A stretch of 64,000 bases of DNA from positions 891 through 64,890 of the forward strand of contig JACPJV010000014.1 of assembly GCA_016187395.1 (NCBI GenBank), written 5' to 3'. A model generated the notes under the pieces. That model searched no databases, had not been told where the DNA came from, and worked only from the letters and a program-made list of their open reading frames with translations. Numbering within the stretch: position 1 is the first letter of the stretch; the number at the start of each line of letters is the position of its first letter. The translations under genes were made by a program, and so were the position numbers. This document shows, one piece after another, positions 25,414-35,011 of this stretch. The DNA comes from Candidatus Aenigmatarchaeota archaeon. Its GTDB lineage: Archaea; Aenigmatarchaeota; Aenigmatarchaeia; GW2011-AR5; JACRAC01.

Positions 25414-26181
25414 ATGCAGACGATAAAGATATGCAACGTGATTCCTGGAATGATGAACGCAGAAATTATCGGGATTATTGGCAAGATTATTACCAAGGAA
25501 TATTCCGGCAAGAAGGGTTCTGGAAAGCTTTGCTCGCTTATGCTTACAGACGAAACGGGAAGTGTGAGAGTGGTTCTGTGGAATGACGAGATAAGCAGGG
25601 TTGAAGGCGCAAAGGAGGGAGATGCCCTGCGCGTTCGTGGATTTGTAAAACAGGGCATGTTCGGGCCTGAAATCATGCTTGGAAAAGAAGGTTTTGCAGA
25701 AGTTACTGAAAGAGGGCCTGATAAAATACGTATAGCTGACCTGAGAGAAGGGCATAAACCTGATGTCCGGGCGGCTTTAGTATGGCTTTTTGAATCGAGC
25801 CCTTTTTACGATATTTGTCCTAAATGCGGCGTAAGTCTGAAAGGAGGAGAGTACAAATGCGTGGCACACGGGGAGGTTCAGCCTGGCTATGCGCTGAGGG
25901 TAAGCGGTGTTATTGACGACGGGACTGGAAGCATGAGGTGCGTGTTCTTCAAGGAAAACGCAGAAAGGATTCTTGGAGCAGACGCTGAAAAGGCGAAGGA
26001 TATTGTTTTGCGGAAAGGAGTGACCGAGCTGTTCAAGAACGCACAGCTTCGTGAGTATATATTCTCCGGTCGTGTCAGAAAAAATGCGATTTTTGACAGG
26101 ATAGAATTTGTTGTTGATAAAATAAATGAAGTGGATCCCGTAAAGGAGGCGAAGCAAATGCTATCCCGCTTTTCTTCTTAA
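25414..26181 (+). CDS. replication protein A-like ssDNA-binding protein (OB fold + zinc ribbon)
   Basis: OB-fold block (LMLTDETGSVRVVLWND), CPKCG...CVAHG zinc motif. Confidence 0.7.
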   Translation: MQTIKICNVIPGMMNAEIIGIIGKIITKEYSGKKGSGKLCSLMLTDETGSVRVVLWNDEISRVEGAKEGDALRVRGFVKQGMFGPEIMLGKEGFAEVTERGPDKIRIADLREGHKPDVRAALVWLFESSPFYDICPKCGVSLKGGEYKCVAHGEVQPGYALRVSGVIDDGTGSMRCVFFKENAERILGADAEKAKDIVLRKGVTELFKNAQLREYIFSGRVRKNAIFDRIEFVVDKINEVDPVKEAKQMLSRFSS

Positions 26182-26185
26182 TTTT

Positions 26186-26210
26186 ATAGTCATTTATTTG
26201 GTTCACTATA
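26186..26210 (+). repeat. 3' half-copy of the TTGGTTCACTATA hairpin family
   Basis: ATAGTCATTTATTTGGTTCACTATA between convergent RPA and radA stops. Confidence 0.5.
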
Positions 26211-26214
26211 TTTA

Positions 26215-27216
26215 CTAATCTTCTATTCCACTCTCTCCAACAGTGAATATAGCCTCTCCCTCGGGCAGATTTGGACTGTCTATCAACCGTGCTATGCGCT
26301 TGGTCTGCTTGCTTTTCCTGAGATACATTCTATAAGTCGAGCCGTGCCCGAGTATGTGCCCGCCTGTCGCTGTCGTGGGGTCGCCGAAAAGTAGGCCGGG
26401 GTTTGCCATCACCTGGTTTGTCACGAATACTGAAAGGTTGTATATGTCTGCAAGCTTCTGCAACGCATGGATATGCCTGTTCAGCTTTTGCTGGCGCGGC
26501 GCCAGTTCCCCGCGGCCTGAGAATTCTGACCTGAACAAAGATGTTATAGAATCAACAATTACAAGCTTGATGTTTTCTTTCTGGATGACTTCCTTCGCCT
26601 TTTCCACAAGGACGGACTGGTGATCGCTGTTAAATGCCCGTGCCACGAAAATATTTTTCAAAACTTTCTGCGTGTCCAGGCCGCGCTTCTCGGCAATCTG
26701 CTGGATTCTTTCCGGCCGGAATGTTCCCTCCGTGTCGATGAAAAGACATTTTCCATTAAGGCCGCCTTTTTCAGCAGGCAGCTGCACATTCACAGCCAGC
26801 TGGAAGCCGAGCTGTGATTTTCCTGAGCCAAAGGCCCCGTAAGCCTCCGTTATTGCCTGCGTCTCAACGCCGCCTCCTAAAAGCGCGTTAAGATTTGAAC
26901 TGCCTGTCGATATCCTCCCTATGTTCTTCCGCCTTTCCATCAGGTCGACGGCTGTCTTGAATCCCAGGTCAAGGTGTTCCCTTGCTGCCTGAATAACCTT
27001 TTCAGCCGTGCCCTGCCCTAATTCTGCGATGGCAGAAAGCTCGCCCGGGCTGGCTGCGGCAATAGCCATGAGATCTGTAAATCCTGCATCGCGCAGCTTT
27101 TGCGCGCCTTTAGGACCGATTCCCGGAAGGTCTTCAATAGTTATTTCTTTTTTATCGCTCTTAATTTCTTCGCTTGCTGGAACGTCTTCTTCCTCCGATT
27201 CCTTCTTCTTTGGCAT
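26215..27216 (-). CDS. radA: DNA repair and recombination protein RadA
   Basis: N-terminal HhH ([12 protein letters not shown]), Walker [10 protein letters not shown], Walker B LVIVDS. Confidence 0.95.
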   Translation of the reverse strand: MPKKKESEEEDVPASEEIKSDKKEITIEDLPGIGPKGAQKLRDAGFTDLMAIAAASPGELSAIAELGQGTAEKVIQAAREHLDLGFKTAVDLMERRKNIGRISTGSSNLNALLGGGVETQAITEAYGAFGSGKSQLGFQLAVNVQLPAEKGGLNGKCLFIDTEGTFRPERIQQIAEKRGLDTQKVLKNIFVARAFNSDHQSVLVEKAKEVIQKENIKLVIVDSITSLFRSEFSGRGELAPRQQKLNRHIHALQKLADIYNLSVFVTNQVMANPGLLFGDPTTATGGHILGHGSTYRMYLRKSKQTKRIARLIDSPNLPEGEAIFTVGESGIED

Positions 27217-27342
27217 AAAAAAACCTGATGACAGAAAATGGCAAGAAAACGATAAATAGGCGTGTGATGGTTGCTGTTACAAAAAGGGGCGGTTTTTCAG
27301 GAAATTCTAAATTGATCTGTTACTCCTAATTGCATTCTTATG

Positions 27343-27403
27343 TTAGCAGAAACAAGGCTTCTGCTGCATCGAAGAACTCCTGCCGGAGTTCTTCTTATGT
27401 TAG
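27343..27403 (-). repeat. 61-nt direct repeat copy 1 (two hairpins)
   Basis: 60/61 identical to 27756-27816; immediately 3' of the PRC-barrel gene stop. Confidence 0.85.
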
Positions 27404-27407
27404 AGAT

Positions 27408-27689
27408 CTACAAAATATCTTTCTCCGATATTATGACGTAATCACCGACGGATTTCACGCTGGAGAAAGGTATCAAAATCCTGCTGTTCTCATCCCTATT
27501 CAGGTCCATGTTGACCACGTGTTTTGACGGCTCTGCTATGATGAGATTCAGAAGTTCTCCGGATTCTGAAACAAAAATCACGTCTCCGACAATTCCGAAA
27601 TTGCGCCCGGTTTCTTCTGATATAACCGTCTTCCCCAGAATATCTCTTCCTCTGTGCGGCATATCTATCCCTATTACTTTCATTCCCAT
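27408..27689 (-). CDS. PRC-barrel domain protein
   Basis: 93 aa, ILGKTVISEETGRNFGIVGDVIF...IPFSSVKSVGDYVII pattern. Confidence 0.65.
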   Translation of the reverse strand: MGMKVIGIDMPHRGRDILGKTVISEETGRNFGIVGDVIFVSESGELLNLIIAEPSKHVVNMDLNRDENSRILIPFSSVKSVGDYVIISEKDIL

Positions 27690-27755
27690 GCTTAAATAAT
27701 TATGGTGATTTTTTCAACGCCGCAAAGTATTTTTACCCCATCCTGTCTTCTTATT

Positions 27756-27816
27756 TTAGCAGAAGCAAGGCTTCTGCTGCATCGAAGAACTCCTGCCGGA
27801 GTTCTTCTTATGTTAG
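27756..27816 (-). repeat. 61-nt direct repeat copy 2
   Basis: Immediately 3' of the Orc1/Cdc6-like gene stop (27822-27824). Confidence 0.85.
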
Positions 27817-27821
27817 CGATG

Positions 27822-28961
27822 CTATCTTGTAACAAAGGCTGTTTTTGCCCTGGAAGAAAGCTTATAGACGTATGATTTTTCAAAGGGGTTTCTCTCCACG
27901 AGTCCTGCTTTCATAAGCCTGTGCAAAATATTATTTATCGCCCGCAAAGCGTGCTGCTTTGATTTGTACCTGCCTGCAAAAAGATCTGCAAGATGCGATA
28001 TGGGAGCCGGGTTAACCAATGCTTCCAATATATGACGCTGCTTTTCTGGAACAGAGCTTGCATTTATCATAGGCTGCATCGCCCCGGGTTCTTCTATGAT
28101 ACTTCTGCTTATTGCTGCTGCCCCTGATTCATGGGCTTTGCGCATTGCAGAATCACAAAGCCGCAATATTTCCCTTGGAAAGCCCGTTGACTGTTCATAT
28201 ATGTAATCAATTGCATCCTGCGTGAAAATGTTTTTACCGCCTGCATGCGCCATTCTTCTGTCTATAAGCTGGAGAGTTTCTTCTTTTGTTAGGGATAAAA
28301 CCCCTATTTTTACCGATATCCGCTTTCTCAAAGTTTCCAAGCGCTCTCCCAAATCACGCTCAAAGCGCGGCAAGGCGGCGAGAATCAAAACCATTCCATC
28401 AACGTTATCGCCTAAGACGCGCATCCACTTGAGAACTTCGTCTGATGCTTCGTGTGCCTCGTCGCATATTATCAGAAGATATTTCATTTTCCTTCTTTTC
28501 TGTTGTTCTGCAATAAATTCAGGCAGCTGGTATATACTCTTGGCTCTTTTCTTTCTGAAAAATCCTGACTCGAAATACGGATTTAATATATCTATAAAAT
28601 TATCCGGATTGAGAGGAGGCTTGGGGAGATAAATTACGTGCCTTGTGCCAGCAAGACGCTTTGACAGCCATTTAAGGACGGTGGTTTTTCCGGATCCGGT
28701 TGGGCCTAAAAGCAGAATTATTTTATTCCCTGATAAGACAGCATCTTCCAATTCTGCTGTTTGCTGCTTATAACCGACAAGGGCCTCCGGAAGAATTTCA
28801 AACGAGAACGGGTTGCGTGAAAATCCAAGCGAACTCATCCAACTCTGATAGGATCCTTTATTTTTGGCCAATACTTCAGAATTTTGGCTACCAGGAGGGT
28901 CTTCTATATCAGCATTTTTTGCCATATTGGGTAGCCCACGAGGGCGAAACCTGTCCAGCAT
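27822..28961 (-). CDS. Orc1/Cdc6-like AAA+ ATPase with C-terminal winged helix
   Basis: Walker A GPTGSGKT, Walker B LIICDEAHE, GFPREILRLCDSA lid region, C-terminal wHTH (ILHRLMKAGLVER). Confidence 0.6.
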   Translation of the reverse strand: MLDRFRPRGLPNMAKNADIEDPPGSQNSEVLAKNKGSYQSWMSSLGFSRNPFSFEILPEALVGYKQQTAELEDAVLSGNKIILLLGPTGSGKTTVLKWLSKRLAGTRHVIYLPKPPLNPDNFIDILNPYFESGFFRKKRAKSIYQLPEFIAEQQKRRKMKYLLIICDEAHEASDEVLKWMRVLGDNVDGMVLILAALPRFERDLGERLETLRKRISVKIGVLSLTKEETLQLIDRRMAHAGGKNIFTQDAIDYIYEQSTGFPREILRLCDSAMRKAHESGAAAISRSIIEEPGAMQPMINASSVPEKQRHILEALVNPAPISHLADLFAGRYKSKQHALRAINNILHRLMKAGLVERNPFEKSYVYKLSSRAKTAFVTR

Positions 28962-28990
28962 AACAACTCCTTTCAGATGCTGTTATATAT

Positions 28991-29227
28991 GTTCACGTTG
29001 ATTTAAAGATTATGCGTGAAGTTCACGTGTAGTGCGTGATGTTCACATGAAGTTCACGTGAATGGGGTGAACTTGCCGTGAAGTACGCGTGAATATCGCA
29101 AAACAGACGTTATTTTCCAGTATTTCTCCATAATTTCCATGTTATTTCTTATACTTAGTTCACGTTTAGTTCACGTCTAATAATTAAGTTCACGTGAAGT
29201 TCACGGTATTAAAAAGTGAAGTTCACT
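28991..29227. repeat. iteron field: nine direct GTTCAC hexamers in two clusters around an AT-rich spacer (candidate replication origin)
   Basis: GTTCAC at 28991, 29021, 29041, 29052, 29158, 29169, 29188, 29199, 29221; inverted GTGAAC at 29067. Four copies are embedded in GTGAAGTTCAC. Confidence 0.55.
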
Positions 29228-29337
29228 CTAATCTAATTCTTATAATGGTCTACGTGAGATGTTCTGTGAGGGATGTGTTGGAAAGATAAGACTAAATATC
29301 AGCTTTTAATAAGAGAAACGCTATATTTGATCGTTTC

Positions 29338-29646
29338 TTACTGTTTTCTCACCTTCTCTAAAAGACCTGCCAGGCGTATCACTTGCTTGACAGTATCACC
29401 TTGTCTTAGTCTGTCTAAAACATCTGGTTTAAGCCTCACAATCCTCATAAGCGGTTTTCTGTCGGGACTTCCCAGCGTACTTTCCTCTACAAGGAACATC
29501 AGGGGACCTGATAAGTAATGAGAAACCGTAGTCGGATGCAGCTTTGCATCTCTGGCAATGCTTCTAATCCATGTACCATCTGGATATCTGGCTAGTACCT
29601 GCACTATCGCCACTATTTTCTTTGGGTCGTTTTTTGGCCTTGCCAT
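29338..29646 (-). CDS. winged-helix DNA-binding protein
   Basis: 102 aa, IVQVLARYPDGTWIRSIARDAKLHPTTVSHYL HTH-like. Confidence 0.5.
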   Translation of the reverse strand: MARPKNDPKKIVAIVQVLARYPDGTWIRSIARDAKLHPTTVSHYLSGPLMFLVEESTLGSPDRKPLMRIVRLKPDVLDRLRQGDTVKQVIRLAGLLEKVRKQ

Positions 29647-29814
29647 GGTCTATGATTAGACAGCTGTGCATATAAACCTTTTTGCGGGCTTTAGGGCTTA
29701 AAAGCGCGGAATTTTGAGGGTCATGTGCTCATTATTCATTTATCCCTCACATTGTTTGCGAGGGATTTTGGAGGCGTATGTTAAGAATTAATAGCTAGCA
29801 AGCCAATTCTTGAT

Positions 29815-30351
29815 ATGCGGCTGTTCATGGCTATAGACCTGGACCCTAACATAAGAAGGGCTGTTGAGAAGATTCAGAGGCAGATAGAGGAGCCTGGGTT
29901 GAACGTGGTCAGGCCTGAAAACCTGCACCTTACCCTGAAGTTCCTGGGCGAGATGGAGGATGTCAAAGTTGAGGGCATTATCAAGCAGCTGGAAGAGGTG
30001 AAAATGCAGCCTTTTGAGGTGGAATATTCTGGCATAGGGGCATTTCCTTCATTGGACTATATCCGCGTGATCTGGATAGGCATTAATGGAGAAGGGTTGC
30101 AGGAGCTGGCTGGGAAGGTGCGCAATGCGCTTAGCGAGTACCCGGACGACCATCCGTTTTCTGCGCACCTGACGATAGCGCGGGTGAAGCACAGGCCGCA
30201 GAGGCTTGGGGATAACCTACAGAAACTTGCCGATGTAAAGATAGGGAAGCAGCTTGTAAGCGAATTCAAGCTGAAGAAATCCACGCTTACGCCGCAGGGG
30301 CCGGTTTATGAGGATGTTAAGGTTTTCAAGCTGGGCGCTGATGAAAGTTGA
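29815..30351 (+). CDS. thpR: 2H phosphoesterase (RNA 2',3'-cyclic phosphodiesterase ThpR/LigT family)
   Basis: Two HxT motifs: HLTLKF and HLTIAR. Confidence 0.85.
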   Translation: MRLFMAIDLDPNIRRAVEKIQRQIEEPGLNVVRPENLHLTLKFLGEMEDVKVEGIIKQLEEVKMQPFEVEYSGIGAFPSLDYIRVIWIGINGEGLQELAGKVRNALSEYPDDHPFSAHLTIARVKHRPQRLGDNLQKLADVKIGKQLVSEFKLKKSTLTPQGPVYEDVKVFKLGADES

Positions 30352-30446
30352 CCCTTCCGTGGGTTCTTCTTGTCTGTTTCTACTGCTGCAGTAAATTCCT
30401 CCTCGGAGGGGCAATCGGAAAGGTGCTGCGGCAAAATCGCAGAAAT

Positions 30447-30761
30447 CTACACAAGCAGCGGTTTTACCTCTTCCACCTCAAAAATAGTTTCTTTCTTAGG
30501 GCTGATGACAACTTCAAACATCTTCATCACGTTGTTGGGGACGTTTATCTCGGCAATTTCTTTCCTGGAACTTTGCTTTCTCTGAACATACTGATGCGCA
30601 AAGGAGCGACTTATTGAAGAAACCCCTTTGAAATCTATTACTATCTCCTTCACATCAAGCGCTTCGATGAAATTGAGAAAATTGTCCGCAATTATTCGCA
30701 AGGCTAAATCTGATGAAAGAGCATTTCTTATTGATACTGCAACTTTATTCGACATAGCCAT
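30447..30761 (-). CDS. STAS-like DUF4325-type protein
   Basis: IVIDFKGVSSISRSFAHQYV resembles the DUF4325 core; 104 aa. Confidence 0.45.
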   Translation of the reverse strand: MAMSNKVAVSIRNALSSDLALRIIADNFLNFIEALDVKEIVIDFKGVSSISRSFAHQYVQRKQSSRKEIAEINVPNNVMKMFEVVISPKKETIFEVEEVKPLLV

Positions 30762-31213
30762 ATACGCTCACCTTTTCAGAGGTTCATCGAGCTGTACGCA
30801 TTCATCGTCTTTCGGTATATTTTTCCGATAAATTTTTTCCTGTGGCCAGAAGCGCGCTGATAGCTTGAAAGCAGGCACTGGGCTATCAGAAGCAGTTCTC
30901 TCCGCAGAGAATTTTTTCCTGTGAATGGTTGCTTAAGCGATCTGCCCTTTACTGCCTCATGCCGCATTATATTCCATTCTTTTTCGGCAATTAGCTTTGA
31001 CATCAAAAGAAGAAGCAAGAAAACTTCTTAAATTCTATCAGAGCTAAAAATTGATAGTGTGGTGGCGTGAATTTATTTCTTTGCATTTTCAAATAACTTC
31101 AATACACCTTCACTAATCTGAAACGGCCTGGGAGCGTAGAACTTAGATTCCTGAAACACTGGGCACTTCCAGCAATGTCTCAGATTTAAGAATTCGTTCT
31201 CCATAAATTGCTA

Positions 31214-31957
31214 ATGAACATTCCAGAGATAGATATCAAGAGTAAGTTGAAAGAGATTTCCGAGATGGGTTTTATAAAGGCTCTACGAAAAAGTGACACT
31301 GGTATAGGATTCACTCTTGAAACTGAAATGGGAATAAAAGAAAACAATCTGAAGAATGAAGATTTTACTTACAAAGGAGAGAAAGTAGAATTAAAGACGC
31401 AAAGGAAAGGGACGACTTCTAACATAACGTTGTTTACAAAAGAGCCCGTGAAAGGGGAGCTGAACGACAAGAAACTCATAGACAAATATGGTTACAAGAA
31501 CGGGCATGGCAGAAGAGCGTTAAAAATAACACTCACTACCAGATACTATACACCACAAGGACTAAAATTGGAAATAGATGAAAATAGCAAGAATATATTT
31601 GTAACACACAAGACTGATGGTAAGCTCTGGTATTGGACAGTTTCTGATATAAAATTCAAGTTGGGCAACCTTCTTCTTGTATTTGCAGCTAAAAAGAGGA
31701 AAGGCGAAAGCGAATATTTCCATTACAATGAAGCATACTATTTCACGAATTTTGACGAAGAGACTTTCTTTAAGCTCATCCAGACGGCAAGAATAGTAGT
31801 CGACCTAAGAATGCATCTTAGGCCGACAGGCACAGTAAGAAACCACGGAACAGCCTTTAGGATAATAAATCTTGAGAATTTGACATCTTGCTATAAGAAA
31901 AAAGAAACAATAGTTTCAGAAAATAAGAGCTTTAGATTTTCTGAAGGACCACAATAG
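31214..31957 (+). CDS. type II restriction endonuclease, MvaI/BcnI family
   Basis: Recalled BcnI blocks align: GIGFTLETEMGIKENN, GEKVELKTQRKGTTSNITLFTKEPV, LLLVFAAKK...FHYNEAYYF, VVDLRM...NHGTAFRI. Confidence 0.7.
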   Translation: MNIPEIDIKSKLKEISEMGFIKALRKSDTGIGFTLETEMGIKENNLKNEDFTYKGEKVELKTQRKGTTSNITLFTKEPVKGELNDKKLIDKYGYKNGHGRRALKITLTTRYYTPQGLKLEIDENSKNIFVTHKTDGKLWYWTVSDIKFKLGNLLLVFAAKKRKGESEYFHYNEAYYFTNFDEETFFKLIQTARIVVDLRMHLRPTGTVRNHGTAFRIINLENLTSCYKKKETIVSENKSFRFSEGPQ

Positions 31958-33209
31958 CTTCTTGCGTCATTGTATTAGATATGTCACCTTTCTTGTTAGA
32001 CGGAGAGTTTCTCGAGGGTATTCTTTTGCTCGGTATATTTCTGAATATAGTATTAATGTGGTTCATGTCGTGGTCTTCACCAAGTTCTTGTATTATTTTG
32101 TGAGTAGGGATCTGGTAGCCCTTCACTGTTCTATTGCCTACAACCATACAGATTCTAGCGCCCTTTCTAGTAACACGGTTAAGTTCTACGAAACATTTGT
32201 CTAAATCTACATAGAAGCTTAGTACGTCGTTTGCACGTTGCACATCTTTTTGTTCGATTTTTGTAACATATTCGTTAAGTGTAGGTGTTATTACTTTCCA
32301 CAAATTATCAGCTTTCGTGCCGCCCAACAACATTTTATCTATGATATTAACAACTTTCTCATCAAAGCCTAGCCATTTCAAAGACAATCTTGAAAATTGG
32401 CCGTAAGCAACGGTTGTTCTAGAATCTCCATAAGGCGGGGAAGTGACTATTAAGTCTACGCAGTCATCGGGAACAGACGTCTTCTTTCGTGTGTCTTCCA
32501 GCAGAACAATAGGTTTCGGCGGATTATCTAAGACATTATGAAACTCCGCAATTTTAGGCATGCATTTCTCAATATGTTTTTTGAATATCGCAAGAGGTTC
32601 TGGATTATAACCTTTAAAATCGTCTTCGCTTATCCTATGCAGTTTAAAGCCTCCTTGCCTGACGTTGCTAGATTTTCTTACGGTTTCTGAAAAACAAGTT
32701 AAAAAGAATGCTTTGAATTTGTTAGGAATATTATTTATAGCGTCTCTTATTTTTGCCAAGTCTTCTATCGCTTTGGGCTTAAACCAGAAATCTATATTGA
32801 AGAATTTGGGCGGCTTCACAGGCTCAGAAGTTTCTATTCTTTGAAGTAATTTTGAATAAGTTTTGTTCAATTCGTCTATATCATATAGTGTTGTCTTGCT
32901 TTCTGCGATTAGTTTAGTTAGAGGGTTTATATCAATCCCAAAGCTTTCTTTACCGGTCAGCATAGATTCTACCAAAACAGTTCCGCTGCCACAGAATGGG
33001 TCTAAAATAACATCACCGTTTTTCAAATTTTCTTTAATTAATCTAGCTGCGATCTGGGGTATCATCATTGCCGGATAAGAATGTAAGCCGTGAGTATAAT
33101 ATTTTGTATCAGCTCCCTTAAAATCCCAAGGTGTTTCTAAATATAGATTTTGTTGTAAAGGCATCATGCTTCTTTTATTGTTGATTTTTAACATATAACC
33201 ACCTCTCAC
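31932..33209 (-). CDS. DNA methyltransferase (SPPY type; probably N4-cytosine or N6-adenine)
   Basis: Motif I DPFCGSGT, motif IV TSPPYG; 26-bp convergent overlap with the endonuclease gene. Confidence 0.85.
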   Translation of the reverse strand: MRGGYMLKINNKRSMMPLQQNLYLETPWDFKGADTKYYTHGLHSYPAMMIPQIAARLIKENLKNGDVILDPFCGSGTVLVESMLTGKESFGIDINPLTKLIAESKTTLYDIDELNKTYSKLLQRIETSEPVKPPKFFNIDFWFKPKAIEDLAKIRDAINNIPNKFKAFFLTCFSETVRKSSNVRQGGFKLHRISEDDFKGYNPEPLAIFKKHIEKCMPKIAEFHNVLDNPPKPIVLLEDTRKKTSVPDDCVDLIVTSPPYGDSRTTVAYGQFSRLSLKWLGFDEKVVNIIDKMLLGGTKADNLWKVITPTLNEYVTKIEQKDVQRANDVLSFYVDLDKCFVELNRVTRKGARICMVVGNRTVKGYQIPTHKIIQELGEDHDMNHINTIFRNIPSKRIPSRNSPSNKKGDISNTMTQEAIVVLQKI

Positions 33210-33799
33210 ACCCTAGCAATCCTCCCAGCATCGGTCAATGCGAACTTCCCGTTCTCCTTTGCCAGCAAACCCTCGGATTCCAAATCTTTTATATAGCGGT
33301 ATACCTGCGCCCTGCTTATCTTGAGCTTCTTTATCAGCTGGGTTATGTTAGCTGTTCTGTCCACCTCATTCAGCAGCTTCTTGTAATTGCCGTTTATCGT
33401 GAAGGCAAGCTTTGGCATGAACACGGCCTCATTATTCCCTCCCCAATATACTATCTTCTTTATCCTGTCAGAGCGCGCATAGCATGCGAGAAGCACGCCA
33501 AAGGCCTGAGGCTTTCTTCCCTGGGATATGTCAACGTAAATCTCCGTTCCGGCCGGTATGGAATCTATCAGCTTCATCACGCCTTCAGAAACTGCCGGGA
33601 TATCATAAACATCGACGTTTCTCTCGACTATCTTCAGCGTGTTGTTGAAGGCTTTTTTGATGAACTTTATTGAATTCAGCTGCGCGGCCTTCGCCTTATT
33701 GTCAACAAGCAGAATAAGCCTCTTCGGGTTGAACTCCTTGATAGAAAGAACCGTAGAGTCGCTCTTCTCGTATACGGTAGAAATCAGCACCCCTGACAT
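33206..33799 (-). CDS. Csa3-like regulator (CARF-like Rossmann domain + C-terminal wHTH)
   Basis: N-terminal beta-alpha pattern with VDISQGRKPQAFGVLLA; C-terminal ITQLIKKLKISRAQVYRYIKDLESEGLL; GTGA overlap with the methyltransferase gene. Confidence 0.5.
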   Translation of the reverse strand: MSGVLISTVYEKSDSTVLSIKEFNPKRLILLVDNKAKAAQLNSIKFIKKAFNNTLKIVERNVDVYDIPAVSEGVMKLIDSIPAGTEIYVDISQGRKPQAFGVLLACYARSDRIKKIVYWGGNNEAVFMPKLAFTINGNYKKLLNEVDRTANITQLIKKLKISRAQVYRYIKDLESEGLLAKENGKFALTDAGRIARV

Positions 33800-33943
33800 G
33801 ACAGAATTGTGGTTTCATGCCGTATATATAGATTTGTGTTTTGTGAGATATGTATCGGATTTGTGAGAATTATGATACTGGGTTGTTGAAGCGCTGCGGG
33901 GTTGTTTTTGAGGTCTAACGGATTTAAGCGCTCGCTTTAGAAT

Positions 33944-35011
33944 ATGCGAATGGAAGATCCTCTTAAGGTTGTGTACCTGTTTGGGGCCGGGGCTACACAG
34001 GCAGAAGTTGTTAGATTCGACCCTGATGTAGACTTAACTATGCCTGCAGTTACCGAAAGAATATTCGATAGAAAAATACCAACCGTATCCGATCTGAATG
34101 CTTTGCGTGTTTATTTCTCAGGGACTGTTTCGTCAGCTCTAAATGTCGAGCACATTATTAGCTTACTTGAATCCCTAGAAATAGAGAAATATCGAACGAT
34201 GGCGAGTGTACTAAGAAAGTTGTTCCAAGAAGACATACTAGAAAACTTGATTAAGAAAGACAATTACGTTAGTCCAGATCTGACAAAGGCGTTGTTAAAA
34301 TTTCATACCCTCGACGAAGTTAAAATACACGAAACTCTAAATGGGGTAATAAGCTTGAACTATGATAGTCTTTTGGATATAGCATTTCAATACGTATTCG
34401 GAGAAGTTAATTATGGAATCAACTGTATATCTGAAACTTATAAGACTTCGCAATCTGAAAATTCGACCCCTCTTCTACTGAAAATTCACGGCTCCTTCAA
34501 TTGGAAGCAAGGAATTCCTATCGTAATTTCTGAGGGTATGGATTTTCTTAAAACCTACTCTTCGGTTTGGATACCGCCCTCTATTAACAAAAGTATACAA
34601 AATTTCCCTTTTAACCACATTTGGGGCGAAGCCTTTGAATTACTAAACTGTGATTTACTCAGAGTAATAGGCTGTTCATTGAACCAAAATGATTGGGGGT
34701 TATTAGATTTGTTGTTCAAAACACAGTTTCTTTCTCCCAAACCTTATAAAATTGAATTGGTAGTTTCGCCCAAAAAGTGTAATGAGATAAAGGAAAAGTT
34801 CGCGTTTCTTAAGAATGTGGTTGCGATTGAAGACTTGGACATTCCTTTATTTTCTGATATGGAATTTAACGAAAAAGGCAACTACGTTGGAGAAGATTCC
34901 AATTTCTATGAAAGGTGGTTAAAAACCAAAATAAAATCCTTTGCAAAGTTTATACAGAATAAGGACGTTAAAGAGGAAATAAATAGGCTTGTTGCTGAGG
35001 AGATACTATGA
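33944..35011 (+). CDS. SIR2-like (SIR2_2 family) protein, putative NADase effector
   Basis: LFGAGAT, SLNYDSLLD (catalytic Asn), LKIHGSFNW (catalytic His), VIGCSLNQNDW. Confidence 0.8.
   Translation: MRMEDPLKVVYLFGAGATQAEVVRFDPDVDLTMPAVTERIFDRKIPTVSDLNALRVYFSGTVSSALNVEHIISLLESLEIEKYRTMASVLRKLFQEDILENLIKKDNYVSPDLTKALLKFHTLDEVKIHETLNGVISLNYDSLLDIAFQYVFGEVNYGINCISETYKTSQSENSTPLLLKIHGSFNWKQGIPIVISEGMDFLKTYSSVWIPPSINKSIQNFPFNHIWGEAFELLNCDLLRVIGCSLNQNDWGLLDLLFKTQFLSPKPYKIELVVSPKKCNEIKEKFAFLKNVVAIEDLDIPLFSDMEFNEKGNYVGEDSNFYERWLKTKIKSFAKFIQNKDVKEEINRLVAEEIL

Noticed and set aside
30776-31204. ORF 30776..31018 (80 aa) and a 43-codon minus-strand ORF at 31073..31204
   Set aside because: No motifs and odd composition. 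Most likely non-coding spacer or promoter sequence between the DUF4325 gene and the restriction gene. Not reported as features.
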